64,000 bases of DNA from an uncultured Bacteroidales bacterium (GCA_964615585.1 CAZTNS010000001.1:1456-65455), one strand, 5' to 3'; shown: positions 36,429 to 47,255, counted from the first letter of the stretch. Numbers and translations: made by a program. Notes: a model not told the origin generated them from the sequence alone.

Positions 36429-38792
36429 TTATTTTGTTATGATCAGTTTATCCATAAACAGATTCTGGGCGTCATAGCTCAAAACTTTCAGCATATAAGC
36501 CCCTGGTGGTAAATCTGGAGTCTTATACACATCTTTTGTTGTCACTTCAGAAGATACTTTTTTACCTTCAATGGTATAAATCTGTATGGTTACAGATTTG
36601 TCTGTAAGTTCAGATACATCAACCCATGCATGCGATTCTGCAGGATTGGGGTATAATAGTATCGAACCAATATTATCTTGAATAACAGCATTGGAAGTAG
36701 ATACCGTGACGGTATCTGTATGTTCACATTCTGTGTTATCCCCGATAATAACCACATAATCTCCTGCGCAAAGGTCTTCCTGCTCAGCTCCGAACGCATT
36801 TATGGGATCTTCCCAGTAATATGAATATGGAGGTACACCTCCAGTGGCAAATGCAGAAATTGAGCCATTGCAATTCTCATTGATATCCGGTTCTGTATCA
36901 ACATCAAGTTCAATATCAGAGACAGTAATGGTGATGTGGTCTTCAAAGATATTGCCACAACCGTCTTCAATTTCTACCCAGAAGTCATTTTCACCTGATG
37001 GAGGTATCACGGTGATTTCAGGATCATCTTCTCCGTTCCACCATGTGAATGTAGCATTATCAACACTTGCTTCAGCCGTGAGGGTTATCTCCCCGGGTGA
37101 TTCACAGTAAGTTGTTGATGTATTGATGATTCCCGGAGAGTGGTTGATATTCACCTGGTTGGGAACGGTAACTTCCGTGGTAAGATAACATCCGATGCTG
37201 TCAACAATTTTTACATAATAATCTTTTGGACACAGGTTTGGAATCAGCGGGTTTTGGGTGTATGTCAGACTGTCTTCAAAATAAAAGTAATCGGCATTTG
37301 CATAAATATAAGTAAATGGTTCAAAATCGTTAATGACGTTGATTTCCATGCTTCCGTCACAAGCGTTGTGGCAGGAAACTTCTTCAACATCAATGTTTTC
37401 AAGTTGCATACTGGATACCCTGACGGTCACAGAATCATACACTTCGTTGCCGCATATATCGGAAATGGTTACCGAGTAAGTTTCTATGCCTGGGGTGGGT
37501 TCTATTGTGATCGTGTTTCCGGTTTCACCTGTACTCCAGTCATAATAGGCAGGGCTTATGTTGACTTCCCCTACCAGATCAAGTGTTTCGGGTGGTTCTT
37601 CACCGCAATAACTGGTTTGTACATCTTGTATTCCCCCTTTAATGCTTTCGGCATCGTAAATATTGATGGTATCAAGTACTGAATTTCCGCCGGTGTTTCC
37701 ACAGGGACATGATGTCCAGAATTCCAGGATCATGGTTTCGGTGCCTTCTTCAATGCCATCGTTGAATGCTGTGTACCAGATGGTATCATAATTAGTGTAT
37801 GGTGCCATGTAGGCGGAATCAACAATTTCAGAAACATCTACCCCTTCGTCGGCGGTGCTGCCGGCATGCCAGTCAATATAAATAACCACCTCTTCGTCTT
37901 CAGGGGAATTATCTGCACGTTCAAGCACAAAATAATTGGTACATCCTTCATACAGATCGGCATCGGTCCCAACATCCGAGTGATTTATGGCATTGATTTG
38001 CACGCCGCTGGTAAAACTGCCGGATTCAATGAATACGCCGCTGTCATAAGCACTATCCCCGGCGTCTCCAATAGCGAGCTTAATATGGTAAGTTTCACAT
38101 GGCGTAACAATGGCTTCAGCCGTTAAATTAACTGAAGCCCCGTCGTATTCGATGACATGATTGTAAGCATCGCCTGTGCCACCACTGCCACCTGTAGGCC
38201 CATTATACCATGTGCCTGTGTTGTAAAGGTTGTCAATGGTTACAGGGCTTCCGTTTGGTAACAAAGCAATGTTTTCAGCGTTGTTGGTATAAGGCCCATT
38301 AATACCAGGGCCTGAAATAAAAAATCCAAACACATCATTAAACGATGAATTGGCATATTCCGGAAATTCTTCAGAACCAAAAATGTAGTTAAAACGGATG
38401 GTGTCGCTGGCCGGTACAAAATCAAACTCAATGACCGTAGCATCATTTATTGAATAAGTAATCAGGTCATCCAGATCGGGATCGGAACCGCTGCCAAGGT
38501 TGCCTCCCTGATTAGTTGAGTTATCAGGCCCTTCGGCATTTTCAATTTCCCCGGAGGCCATTATCAGGCCTGATTCAAAAGGGAAATCCGGGCTGGTGTT
38601 TGTAAATGCGCCAAATCCTGAGGAGCCATTTGTTGTAACATTAGATGCCGTAACGCACCCTGTAATTAATGAATCTTCAATAAGCACTTGTGCTGAAATG
38701 CCATCGTGCGTTTGTAAGTACGGTTGAGCGTTTGTTTTCAAAGTAAACAATGAAACAAACACAACAATTATTATTACAGCCTGTTTTTTCAT
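36429..38792 (-). CDS. T9SS cargo: choice-of-anchor L domain protein with Cys-rich repeats and type-A CTD
   Basis: N-terminal domain ..IEFDFVPASDTIRFNYIFGSEEFPEYANSSFNDVFGFFISGPGINGP. Repeated C..C.G modules. C-terminus LLYPNPAESHAWVDV...PGAYMLKVLS...DKLIITK. Start set at MKKQAVIII. Confidence 0.85.
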   Translation of the reverse strand: MKKQAVIIIVVFVSLFTLKTNAQPYLQTHDGISAQVLIEDSLITGCVTASNVTTNGSSGFGAFTNTSPDFPFESGLIMASGEIENAEGPDNSTNQGGNLGSGSDPDLDDLITYSINDATVIEFDFVPASDTIRFNYIFGSEEFPEYANSSFNDVFGFFISGPGINGPYTNNAENIALLPNGSPVTIDNLYNTGTWYNGPTGGSGGTGDAYNHVIEYDGASVNLTAEAIVTPCETYHIKLAIGDAGDSAYDSGVFIESGSFTSGVQINAINHSDVGTDADLYEGCTNYFVLERADNSPEDEEVVIYIDWHAGSTADEGVDVSEIVDSAYMAPYTNYDTIWYTAFNDGIEEGTETMILEFWTSCPCGNTGGNSVLDTINIYDAESIKGGIQDVQTSYCGEEPPETLDLVGEVNISPAYYDWSTGETGNTITIEPTPGIETYSVTISDICGNEVYDSVTVRVSSMQLENIDVEEVSCHNACDGSMEINVINDFEPFTYIYANADYFYFEDSLTYTQNPLIPNLCPKDYYVKIVDSIGCYLTTEVTVPNQVNINHSPGIINTSTTYCESPGEITLTAEASVDNATFTWWNGEDDPEITVIPPSGENDFWVEIEDGCGNIFEDHITITVSDIELDVDTEPDINENCNGSISAFATGGVPPYSYYWEDPINAFGAEQEDLCAGDYVVIIGDNTECEHTDTVTVSTSNAVIQDNIGSILLYPNPAESHAWVDVSELTDKSVTIQIYTIEGKKVSSEVTTKDVYKTPDLPPGAYMLKVLSYDAQNLFMDKLIITK

Positions 38793-38872
38793 GATAATAA
38801 ACTTTATTTTTATTTTAATGTAAAGATACAAAAATTAAAAAATATACAAAAATATTTTTTAATTTTGTGGTC

Positions 38873-39283
38873 ATGAGTAGATTAATGGGCATTGATTATG
38901 GTTTTAAACGCACGGGTGTCGCAGTTACAGATACCATGCAAATGATTGCTACCGGGCTTGAGACCGTACATACAAAAAACCTGTTTGATTATTTGTCTGA
39001 TTACCTGAAAAAAGAGGACGTGGAATGCATTGTTTTTGGTATGCCTACACGAGATGATGGCAGCCCTTCAGAGCCGGTACCACAAATTATTGGTGCCATG
39101 CGGAAATGCCGTAAACTTTTTCCAGGGATAAAGGTTGTATCTCACGATGAAAGTTATACATCCAAAATGGCATTTCAAACCATGATTGATGGTGGTGTAA
39201 AAAAGAAGAAACGGCGTGATAAAGCATTGGTTGATAAAATCAGCGCGACAATTATTTTACAGTCTTATATGGAAAGTCACTAG
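38873..39283 (+). CDS. ruvX: Holliday junction resolvase-like RuvX (YqgF)
   Basis: MGIDYGFKRTGVAV and DESYTS motifs. Confidence 0.85.
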   Translation: MSRLMGIDYGFKRTGVAVTDTMQMIATGLETVHTKNLFDYLSDYLKKEDVECIVFGMPTRDDGSPSEPVPQIIGAMRKCRKLFPGIKVVSHDESYTSKMAFQTMIDGGVKKKKRRDKALVDKISATIILQSYMESH

Positions 39284-39420
39284 ATTGTTACCGTGAAGGA
39301 ACGAAAGCAAGTTAAATTTTAGAATATAGTAAAATTTTTATAATTTTGTGTTTCTCCGCTATGCGGTGAGTAGTTATTTTTGTTTATGCTGCCTATGGAA
39401 ATTAACAATAACAGATAATC

Positions 39421-39972
39421 ATGATATATCCCATTTATTTATATGGTCATCCGGTGCTCCGAAAAAGAGCAAAGGAAATAGACACAGGGAACATGGAGAT
39501 CAAACAACTGGTAAATGAGATGTTTGAAACCATGTATAAAGCTCATGGAGTAGGTCTTGCAGGGCCTCAGATTGGAAAGCCTTTGCGCTTATATGTGATT
39601 GATGCCACTCCAATGGCTGAAGCACATCCCGAACTTGAGGGGTTTAAAAGGGCGTTTATCAATCCCGAAATTATTGAACACAGCGAAGAAACCACTGCTT
39701 TTGAAGAAGGCTGCCTGAGCATTCCAGGAATCTATGAGCAAGTGAAACGATATAAAACCCTTACCATGAATTACCTGGACGAAAATCTGCAGAAAAAAAC
39801 AGAGGATTTTATTGGTATGCAGGCTGTGGTAGTCCAACATGAATATGATCACCTGAATGGTGTGTTGTTCACAGACAAAATTGCACCGTTGAGAAAAAGG
39901 TTGTTGAAATCCAGGCTTGCAGCCATTGCAAAAGGAAAAACGAAAACTGAATATAAAACAGTAATACGATGA
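39421..39972 (+). CDS. def: Peptide deformylase
   Basis: GVGLAGPQIG, EGCLSIPG, QHEYDHLNG. Confidence 0.95.
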   Translation: MIYPIYLYGHPVLRKRAKEIDTGNMEIKQLVNEMFETMYKAHGVGLAGPQIGKPLRLYVIDATPMAEAHPELEGFKRAFINPEIIEHSEETTAFEEGCLSIPGIYEQVKRYKTLTMNYLDENLQKKTEDFIGMQAVVVQHEYDHLNGVLFTDKIAPLRKRLLKSRLAAIAKGKTKTEYKTVIR

Positions 39973-40547
39973 TAAGCAAACAACATTTTGTTTTATTTAT
40001 TTTTGTGGTGTTTTTATTATCTGCTTGCAATCAACAAGGCAAGGAGCAGAGTACAGAAACAGAAACAACTGAACAGGAGGCAGAAACAGTGCAAAGTAAA
40101 GATGAGATGCAAAAGCAAATTATAAAGCATGAAAAAGTTTTGCATGATGATGATGAATTGGATGTATCGAAAGCCAATGACATGATCCGGCTTTATCTGA
40201 TGTATGCATCTCAATATAAACACGACAGCCTGGTCCCTGAATATCTTTTCAAGGCAGCTGAACTGGCAATGAATGTGGACAGGCCTTATGATGCTGTGGC
40301 ATACCTTCAGCGAATTGACAGAAATTATCCCGGTTTTAATAAGTTGGCACTTGTTATTTATCTTACAGGATTTATTTATGACAGCATGCTCAACAAAGAT
40401 GATACTGCTGAAACCTATTATGAGCGTTTTTTGGATGATTGGCCGGAGCATCCCAGAGCAGAAGAAGTAAGGATGCTAAAAACTTATCTTCACATGAGCG
40501 ATAAAGAGCTCGTGGAGAAGTTTGAAAAAAGCAATGAAAAACCATAG
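39969..40547 (+). CDS. Lipoprotein, helical/TPR-like, unknown function
   Basis: Lipobox LLSAC. Start overlaps the def stop by 4 nt (ATGA). Helical repeat-like body. Confidence 0.5.
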   Translation: MISKQHFVLFIFVVFLLSACNQQGKEQSTETETTEQEAETVQSKDEMQKQIIKHEKVLHDDDELDVSKANDMIRLYLMYASQYKHDSLVPEYLFKAAELAMNVDRPYDAVAYLQRIDRNYPGFNKLALVIYLTGFIYDSMLNKDDTAETYYERFLDDWPEHPRAEEVRMLKTYLHMSDKELVEKFEKSNEKP

Positions 40548-40610
40548 TGATATGACATTGGCGGCATGAAACCAGTGACATTACACTGACTGCAATATAT
40601 TGAAACAGGA

Positions 40611-42752
40611 GTGAGTCTGCATGACCAAATAAAAACCATGCCTGTTGTGCGTTTGCTTATCCCTTTTATGGCAGGCGTTGTATTGGTATTGAAAACAGCT
40701 TTCGAGTCAGGAATGCCCCCCGTTCTGGTTTTTGGTGTGTTGTGCCTTGTGTATTTGCGCTTCGAAACGCGCCTGTCCTTTTATTATCCTGGACGCTGGA
40801 TCAGTTATGTACTGGTATTTTTGTTTTTATTTTCTGCAGGTGCTTTTTTGGCATCGGATAAGCTTGACAAAGTGAATCCGGTCAGTTTACCTGATGATGC
40901 ACTGCTCATTGCAGAAATCCAAAAACCACCAAAGGCATCTGAAAAGGCCTACAGTACAGACATTTCAGTGCAGGCTTACAGGTATAAAGATGAGTGGTTT
41001 GACGGGGATGGATTGGCCCGGGTATATTTTCAAAAAGACAGCATGGCAAAAAATGTAAAACCCGGTATGTTGATTGCCTTTCAACCCGATTTTGATACAG
41101 TTTCGAATACCGGAAACCCTGAAGAATTTGACTATGCCAAGTACATGATGTACCACATGATGGCTTCCAGTACCTATCTTAAGTCCGGAAGCTGGAAAGT
41201 CATTGATCAGACTGAGATCAGCGGGCTAAAACGACAGATGATCAGCTTGCGAACGCATTTGCTTGATATATACAGAAAGGCCGGGCTTGAAGGTGATGAG
41301 TTTGCTGTTGCTGCCGCATTGAGCCTGGGATACAAAGATAAACTCCACGACAAGTTACGGCATGCTTATTCGGCATCGGGGGCAATGCATGTGCTGGCCG
41401 TCAGCGGGTTGCATGTAGGGATTATTTATATGGTCATGTATTTTCTCCTGTCTCCGCTGCGGCGCAAAAAGAAACTTATGTATTTACAGGTTGTAATAAT
41501 TGTCATCGCCATTTGGTTTTACGCTTTGCTCACCGGGATGTCACCATCGGTAACCAGGGCAGCTGTGATGTTTAGTTTTATCAGTGCAGGGTCATTGTTT
41601 AAACAGTACATCAACATATACAACATTCTGGCTGCTTCTGCATTTGTTACCATTGCAGTGAATCCGTTTGTCATCACAGAACTCGGGTTTTGGTTGTCCT
41701 ACCTTGCTGTATTGAGCATCGTTACGTTCTATAAACCAATATATAGATTGTTGAACGTTCGAAACCGCATCCTGGATAAATTGTGGTCGCTGGTAGCCGT
41801 TTCCATTGCTGCACAAATAGGCACTGCCCCGTTGACTGTATTTTACTTCCATCAGTTTTCAAATTACTTTATTCTCACCAATATTTTGGTGATTCCTGTG
41901 GTTACCATCATTGTGTATGCAGCCATGCTTGTGTTTTTGGTGTCTTTTGCATTACCGGTGCTGGCAGTTTATGCCGGTCAGGCAATGGCTTTCCTGGTAG
42001 GCGTGCTCAACAAGCTGGTTTTTTTTATCGAAGGCATGCCGGGGGCAGTTTCTGAACAATTATACATTACCCCATTACAGATGTTGATCCTGTACATGAT
42101 TATTGTGTCCGGTGCCCTTGTATTGATGAAAGGAAAAAGGCAATATGCATGGGCCGTTACGGGATTATTGATAATCATGTTGAGCATTGGTATTTTCCGG
42201 GACCTGAAATTCGTGGAACAACAAAAATTGCTTGTTTATAATATGAGAAATCAAACTGCCATCAATTGCATCGTGGGGAATGATAATGTTTTGTTTACCG
42301 ATGCAGCTGGGGAAAACAGAAATAAATTGGATGAGCGATTGTCAAACTATTGGCTTTCCGAAGGCCTGAAGAAAGAAAAATTTGTTGATTTAAATAAAAC
42401 CGGGGGCAGGTACATGTTTTCCAGTATGTTTTCCATTGATAATCCTTATATTTTCATGAAAGACCTGTACATTGGTTTTAAGGATATTAAGATGCTGATA
42501 ATCAGGGATGATCGCTATAGATACATGATAAGCCAAAATCCATTGGAGCTGGATTACCTTGTTTTGTCATCGGGGGCTGACGTTGAAGCATCCACATTGC
42601 ACCGGCTTTTTTCGTTTAAAAAACTCATCATTGATGCCTCATTTCCCTATTATAAAAAGGAAAAAATCAAACAAGCAATGGCAAAACACAATATTCCTGT
42701 ACATGATGTTGTTAAAAACGGAGCTTTTGTTGTAGATTTACAGGCAAAATAA
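40611..42752 (+). CDS. ComEC/Rec2 family competence (DNA internalisation) protein
   Basis: Competence-domain core SGAMHVLAVSGLHVG. Many TM segments. The exact start is uncertain (GTG 40611 or a downstream ATG). Confidence 0.85.
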   Translation: MSLHDQIKTMPVVRLLIPFMAGVVLVLKTAFESGMPPVLVFGVLCLVYLRFETRLSFYYPGRWISYVLVFLFLFSAGAFLASDKLDKVNPVSLPDDALLIAEIQKPPKASEKAYSTDISVQAYRYKDEWFDGDGLARVYFQKDSMAKNVKPGMLIAFQPDFDTVSNTGNPEEFDYAKYMMYHMMASSTYLKSGSWKVIDQTEISGLKRQMISLRTHLLDIYRKAGLEGDEFAVAAALSLGYKDKLHDKLRHAYSASGAMHVLAVSGLHVGIIYMVMYFLLSPLRRKKKLMYLQVVIIVIAIWFYALLTGMSPSVTRAAVMFSFISAGSLFKQYINIYNILAASAFVTIAVNPFVITELGFWLSYLAVLSIVTFYKPIYRLLNVRNRILDKLWSLVAVSIAAQIGTAPLTVFYFHQFSNYFILTNILVIPVVTIIVYAAMLVFLVSFALPVLAVYAGQAMAFLVGVLNKLVFFIEGMPGAVSEQLYITPLQMLILYMIIVSGALVLMKGKRQYAWAVTGLLIIMLSIGIFRDLKFVEQQKLLVYNMRNQTAINCIVGNDNVLFTDAAGENRNKLDERLSNYWLSEGLKKEKFVDLNKTGGRYMFSSMFSIDNPYIFMKDLYIGFKDIKMLIIRDDRYRYMISQNPLELDYLVLSSGADVEASTLHRLFSFKKLIIDASFPYYKKEKIKQAMAKHNIPVHDVVKNGAFVVDLQAK

Positions 42753-42795
42753 TTTTTTTGAGAAGGTGAATGTTTAAAACGTATATAATATTTTT

Positions 42796-44136
42796 ATGAA
42801 AATAATCATTTCAGGAGCAGGGGAGGTTGGAAAATACCTTGCACAAATGTTGACAAAAGAAAAACACGATACCATCGTTGTTGATACAAACAAGGATAAG
42901 TTGAAGGTTGTAGAAACCCAATACGATTTGATGACAATTACGGGATCATCATCCTCTTTTAAAACCCTTGAGGATGCCAAGATAAAAAATGCGGATTTGT
43001 TTATTGCAGTTACCCATTCGGAAGAAATAAATCTTATATCAGCCATGTTGGCAAAACGACTTGGAGCCAAGAAAACCATTGCACGTATAGATAATCTTGA
43101 ATATATTGATCCATTGCGAAAACTGCACTTTATCAATATGGGGGTTGACAGGATGATTTATCCTGAAAGAATTGCAGCTAAGGAAGTGGTGGCATTGGTC
43201 AGGGAAACCGGTACAACGCAGGTTTTTGAATTTTCGGACGGACGTTTAAATTTGTTTGTTGTTCATTTGTCCGAAGATGCTCCAATAATAAATAAAACAC
43301 TGAAAGAAGCAACGGAAGTAAGCAAATCTATTGATTACCGGGCAGTTGCCATTACCCGTAGCGGTAAAACCATTATCCCTTCCGGGGATGATGTATTGAT
43401 GGCTGGTGACCATGTATATGTTATTACCAGCCCTGTTGGAATTGATAAGCTGATGAAGTTTGCTGGAAAGCAAAAAGACAAATTTGATGATGTTATGATC
43501 CTGGGAGGTAGCCGTATTGGGCAGAAAGTTGCAAATGAACTGGGGAAGAGTTGTAAGATCAAATTGATCGAAAATGACGAAAACAAAGCCCTGCTGCTGG
43601 CTGACAAGCTTGATCATTGCCTGGTTATCCATGGCGATGGCCGGAATATGGATTTGCTGGAAGAAGAGGGCATCAGAGATATGGATGCCTTTGTTGCTGT
43701 TACCGGGGATTCAGAAACCAATATTTTATCATGTATGCTGGCTAAGAAGCTGGGTGTAAAGAAAACAATTGCTGAAATTGAAAATTTCAATTATTTTGAT
43801 TTTGCTCAGAAAATGGGCATTGATTCGATCATCAACAAAAAACTCAGTGCAGCTTCCCGTATTTATTCTTTTACCATGCACGCCGAAGTGTCTTCTATAA
43901 AATGCTTAACAAGTACGGATGCAGAATTAATGGAATTTGTGGTAAAAGAAAAAGCCAGGGTAACCAAAGATATCCTTCGTAATTTGGAGTTTCCTGAAAA
44001 TGCCATTATAGGAGGGGTGGTCAGAGGCAGGAAAAGTTTCATTGCTACTGGTGATACCCATATTATCGCAGGAGATAAAGTGGTTGTTTTTACCTTACCC
44101 GGTTCAATAAAGAAGGTAGAAAAATTCTTTTCTTGA
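42796..44136 (+). CDS. trkA: Trk system potassium uptake protein TrkA
   Basis: Two Rossmann/RCK halves: MKIIISGAGEVG and VMILGGSRIG. Confidence 0.92.
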   Translation: MKIIISGAGEVGKYLAQMLTKEKHDTIVVDTNKDKLKVVETQYDLMTITGSSSSFKTLEDAKIKNADLFIAVTHSEEINLISAMLAKRLGAKKTIARIDNLEYIDPLRKLHFINMGVDRMIYPERIAAKEVVALVRETGTTQVFEFSDGRLNLFVVHLSEDAPIINKTLKEATEVSKSIDYRAVAITRSGKTIIPSGDDVLMAGDHVYVITSPVGIDKLMKFAGKQKDKFDDVMILGGSRIGQKVANELGKSCKIKLIENDENKALLLADKLDHCLVIHGDGRNMDLLEEEGIRDMDAFVAVTGDSETNILSCMLAKKLGVKKTIAEIENFNYFDFAQKMGIDSIINKKLSAASRIYSFTMHAEVSSIKCLTSTDAELMEFVVKEKARVTKDILRNLEFPENAIIGGVVRGRKSFIATGDTHIIAGDKVVVFTLPGSIKKVEKFFS

Positions 44137-44147
44137 GTTGTCTCCAT

Positions 44148-45437
44148 TTACAGGTATGGGATGATTAATTCCAGCTGCATGGACCTTGAGCCTTTTATAA
44201 GTATTTGCCGGTTGCTTAAATCGGTCTTTTGTAGTAGCAACTTTAAACTATCTGTATCAGGGACAAAGTGGTAATCGTATGCATCTTTTAATTTGAAAAA
44301 TTCCGGACCGCACAGATATGCTTCTTTAAAGCCCATTTGATTAATCAGTTCCAGTATCTCCCTGTGGAATTTATGTGAGGTATTCCCAAGTTCTTTCATG
44401 TCACCCAATATGAGGGTTTGTGCTTTATTGTTGTTATAAAAATGTTTTATTGCAAGCTCCATGCTGGTTGGGTTTGCGTTGTACATGTCAAGGAACAGCT
44501 CATTGTTGTCTGTAATTTTTATTTCCGATCGTTGATTTGCCGGTGTATATTGTTCAATGGCTTTGTTTATGTTATCATGAGGAACATTAAAGTAAGCAGC
44601 TATGCATACGGCAGACAGAATGTTTTCGGCATTGTATGAACCAAATAATTTTGATACACATTCACCTTGCATGCTTTTTGTTTTCCAGCGTACACCAACG
44701 TATCCCTGGTGTGTAAGATGTTGTCCTCTGCAAAATGCTTCTTTGGACATAAAACTGTATGTTATTGTTTTTTGTTCCCCCAGCATTTGTGTTAATAATG
44801 AATTATCCTGATTAACAAAAGTGACGCCTTCTGTTTTCTCAAGATACCTGTACAATTCAGCTTTTGCTTTTTTTACGCCTTCAAATGACCCAAAACCTTC
44901 AATATGTGCTCTCCCAACATTGGTTATCAGGCCAAAATCCGGTTGAGCTATTTCACATAATTTCGCAATTTCACCCGGATGATTTGCGCCCATTTCAATA
45001 ATACTAAATTCTGTTGTATCGCTAATGTTAAGTATGCTCAAGGGAACGCCAATGTGGTTGTTCAAATTTCCGCTTGTTGCTGTGGTTTGGTAATACGTTT
45101 TGAGGATTGAAAGCATCAGTTCCTTGGTGGTTGTTTTCCCGTTGCTCCCTGTAATGGCGATGATTTTAGCAGGCATTAGCCGCCGGTGATGCACAGCAAG
45201 TTTCTGCAGGGCATCTAAACTGTTATCAACCAACAGGGTTTTACCGCTGATTTCATAATCAGGGTCATCAATCACAGCATAATATGCCCCCTTTTTAATC
45301 GCCTGAGCAGCATATTTATTACCGTTGAAATTGTCTCCTTTCAATGCAAAAAATACCATTCCGGGAGAGATATTACGTGTATCTGTACATACCCCTTCGG
45401 AATGAATAAAAATATTGTGCAAATTTTTGATATCCAT
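44148..45437 (-). CDS. murF: UDP-N-acetylmuramoyl-tripeptide--D-alanyl-D-alanine ligase
   Basis: TDTR, ITGSNGKTTTKE, MGANHPGEI. Start reset to MDIKNLHNIF (ATG 45437). Confidence 0.9.
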   Translation of the reverse strand: MDIKNLHNIFIHSEGVCTDTRNISPGMVFFALKGDNFNGNKYAAQAIKKGAYYAVIDDPDYEISGKTLLVDNSLDALQKLAVHHRRLMPAKIIAITGSNGKTTTKELMLSILKTYYQTTATSGNLNNHIGVPLSILNISDTTEFSIIEMGANHPGEIAKLCEIAQPDFGLITNVGRAHIEGFGSFEGVKKAKAELYRYLEKTEGVTFVNQDNSLLTQMLGEQKTITYSFMSKEAFCRGQHLTHQGYVGVRWKTKSMQGECVSKLFGSYNAENILSAVCIAAYFNVPHDNINKAIEQYTPANQRSEIKITDNNELFLDMYNANPTSMELAIKHFYNNNKAQTLILGDMKELGNTSHKFHREILELINQMGFKEAYLCGPEFFKLKDAYDYHFVPDTDSLKLLLQKTDLSNRQILIKGSRSMQLELIIPYL

Positions 45438-45498
45438 ATCGTAAAAAAGAAAACCCCATGCAAGTAACATGGGGTTGGCATTATAAATTAAAGTTTCA

Positions 45499-47220
45499 TT
45501 ATTCTTCGATTGTAGGTGACCCAACGCGTGTCATAGCACAGCGGAATCCCAGGTCTGCCCTTGATTTCTTTTCATCTAAGAAACGTCTTGATCCCGGGGT
45601 CATCCAGTATGCACGGTCTTTCCAGGAACCGCCTTTATAAACACGGGCACGGTCGGTAACAAGAGAAGTCATGCCTGTTCCTTTGTTGTCTTTTGGATTT
45701 GTCGGGTCGTATTCCCCTTTACCCCATTCTGAGTTTGCCCAATCGCCATCATTGTACATGGCATCAGTGGATTCAATATGTCGTACTGAATCTTCATCAT
45801 ATTCAACATGTTGCGAAAAACGTTCGGGTTCATTCCACCAGTCTTCTCCAGCGTCGGGAATAAGTGATTCAATATCACCGTCAAGAAAATTTCTGTTGTC
45901 AGCCCTTGTATAATTATCCCTGTTATAGGCGTGTTCTGCATCTACTGGTCTTTCAAGTATTTTACCTGTGATATCGAAATAATCTTCAGCTTCTGGAGTT
46001 AGTTCAATCATGCCATCATTGGGGTCCCTGATAACTTCTTTTTCTGTATAAACATTTCCCCGGAATGGGCGGAATTCTGCCATGTCAGAATAGGTGAGGT
46101 CACGATATACGTCCATTACCCATTCGTTTACATTGCCTGCCATACAGTAAAGCCCAAAATCATTTGGCCAGTAGCTTTTGACCGGTGCACAAATATCGGC
46201 TCCATCATTGAGCGCACCTGCAACACCCATATTATCACCACGGCCTCTCATAATGTTTCCCATGATCTGTCCACGATCGTCTGTACGGCTGTCATTACGA
46301 ATATAATGTCCGTTCCAGGGATACAAACGACGTTCATAAATTCTTTCTTTGTGGTGATTTCCTATGTACGCCAATGCAGCATATTCCCATTCCGCTTCTG
46401 TAGGAAGCCGGTAACGCGGGAGGAAAATACCATCTTCGATACGAACCCATCTGCGGTCGTCGGCAAAAGCATCTTGTCTTCCTCTGCCACCACCACCACC
46501 ACCACGGCGGCCTTCTTTCATTGTTGAGGGGTCTTCGTACAATTTCTCAACTTTACCGTCCGGGCCTCGTCCTGTTTCATCAATATGTAAATCCAGGTTA
46601 TCGGCATATGCAAGGTAAGCATCAACATTAAAATGTTTTGATTGATCTTGTGGAGCGGCATAGGGATCTAAAATGCCTTCTCTGATCAGAATAAATTCAT
46701 TGACCCTGTCAGTACGCCAGGATGAATAGTCTCTGGCTTGTTGCCAGCTCACTCCAACTACAGGATATTGTTCATAAGCCGGATGACGGAGGTATAAATC
46801 TACCATAGGCTCGTTAAATGCCAGGCGCTCACGCCAAACCAACGTGTCGGGCAATGCCTGACGGTAAATGTATCTGAAGTCTGTGGCATATACGTGTCGT
46901 AGCCAGTACAAATATTCCCTGTAATCAATGTTTGCGACTTCCGTTTCATCCATATAAAATGATGAAACGGTAACGCGTCGTGGTGTATTATTCCACTCAA
47001 ACATCACGTCTTGTTCTGTACGTCCCATGGCAAATGTACCACCTTCAACAAAAATGAGGCCGGGGCCTGTCTCTTGTTCGTATCCCGGATGATTTTGAAA
47101 GCCACCAAAACGGGGATCATTGTAATGCCATCCAGTTGTGCTTGATGATTCTTTTTGGCATGATGCCAGCAAAAATGTACCAAAAATCACGAGCATTGAG
47201 AGACGGATAATATGTTTCAT
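45499..47220 (-). CDS. gldJ: Gliding motility lipoprotein GldJ (SUMF1/FGE-fold)
   Basis: Lipobox LLASC. GLIFVEGGTFAMGR...TVSSFYMDETEV.N.DYREYL. The murF neighbour matches the arrangement I recall in Flavobacterium. Confidence 0.88.
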   Translation of the reverse strand: MKHIIRLSMLVIFGTFLLASCQKESSSTTGWHYNDPRFGGFQNHPGYEQETGPGLIFVEGGTFAMGRTEQDVMFEWNNTPRRVTVSSFYMDETEVANIDYREYLYWLRHVYATDFRYIYRQALPDTLVWRERLAFNEPMVDLYLRHPAYEQYPVVGVSWQQARDYSSWRTDRVNEFILIREGILDPYAAPQDQSKHFNVDAYLAYADNLDLHIDETGRGPDGKVEKLYEDPSTMKEGRRGGGGGGRGRQDAFADDRRWVRIEDGIFLPRYRLPTEAEWEYAALAYIGNHHKERIYERRLYPWNGHYIRNDSRTDDRGQIMGNIMRGRGDNMGVAGALNDGADICAPVKSYWPNDFGLYCMAGNVNEWVMDVYRDLTYSDMAEFRPFRGNVYTEKEVIRDPNDGMIELTPEAEDYFDITGKILERPVDAEHAYNRDNYTRADNRNFLDGDIESLIPDAGEDWWNEPERFSQHVEYDEDSVRHIESTDAMYNDGDWANSEWGKGEYDPTNPKDNKGTGMTSLVTDRARVYKGGSWKDRAYWMTPGSRRFLDEKKSRADLGFRCAMTRVGSPTIEE

Positions 47221-47255
47221 GACATTAAATTTTGTTTATACATTAATATATATAA

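Noticed and set aside
37140-37682. 180-aa plus-strand ORF inside the choice-of-anchor-L cargo gene
   Set aside because: It is antisense to a well-supported CDS and has no motifs, signal peptide or plausible start context.
42774-43136. 120-aa minus-strand ORF overlapping the trkA start
   Set aside because: It is antisense to trkA, which has clear Rossmann motifs, and its composition is implausible.
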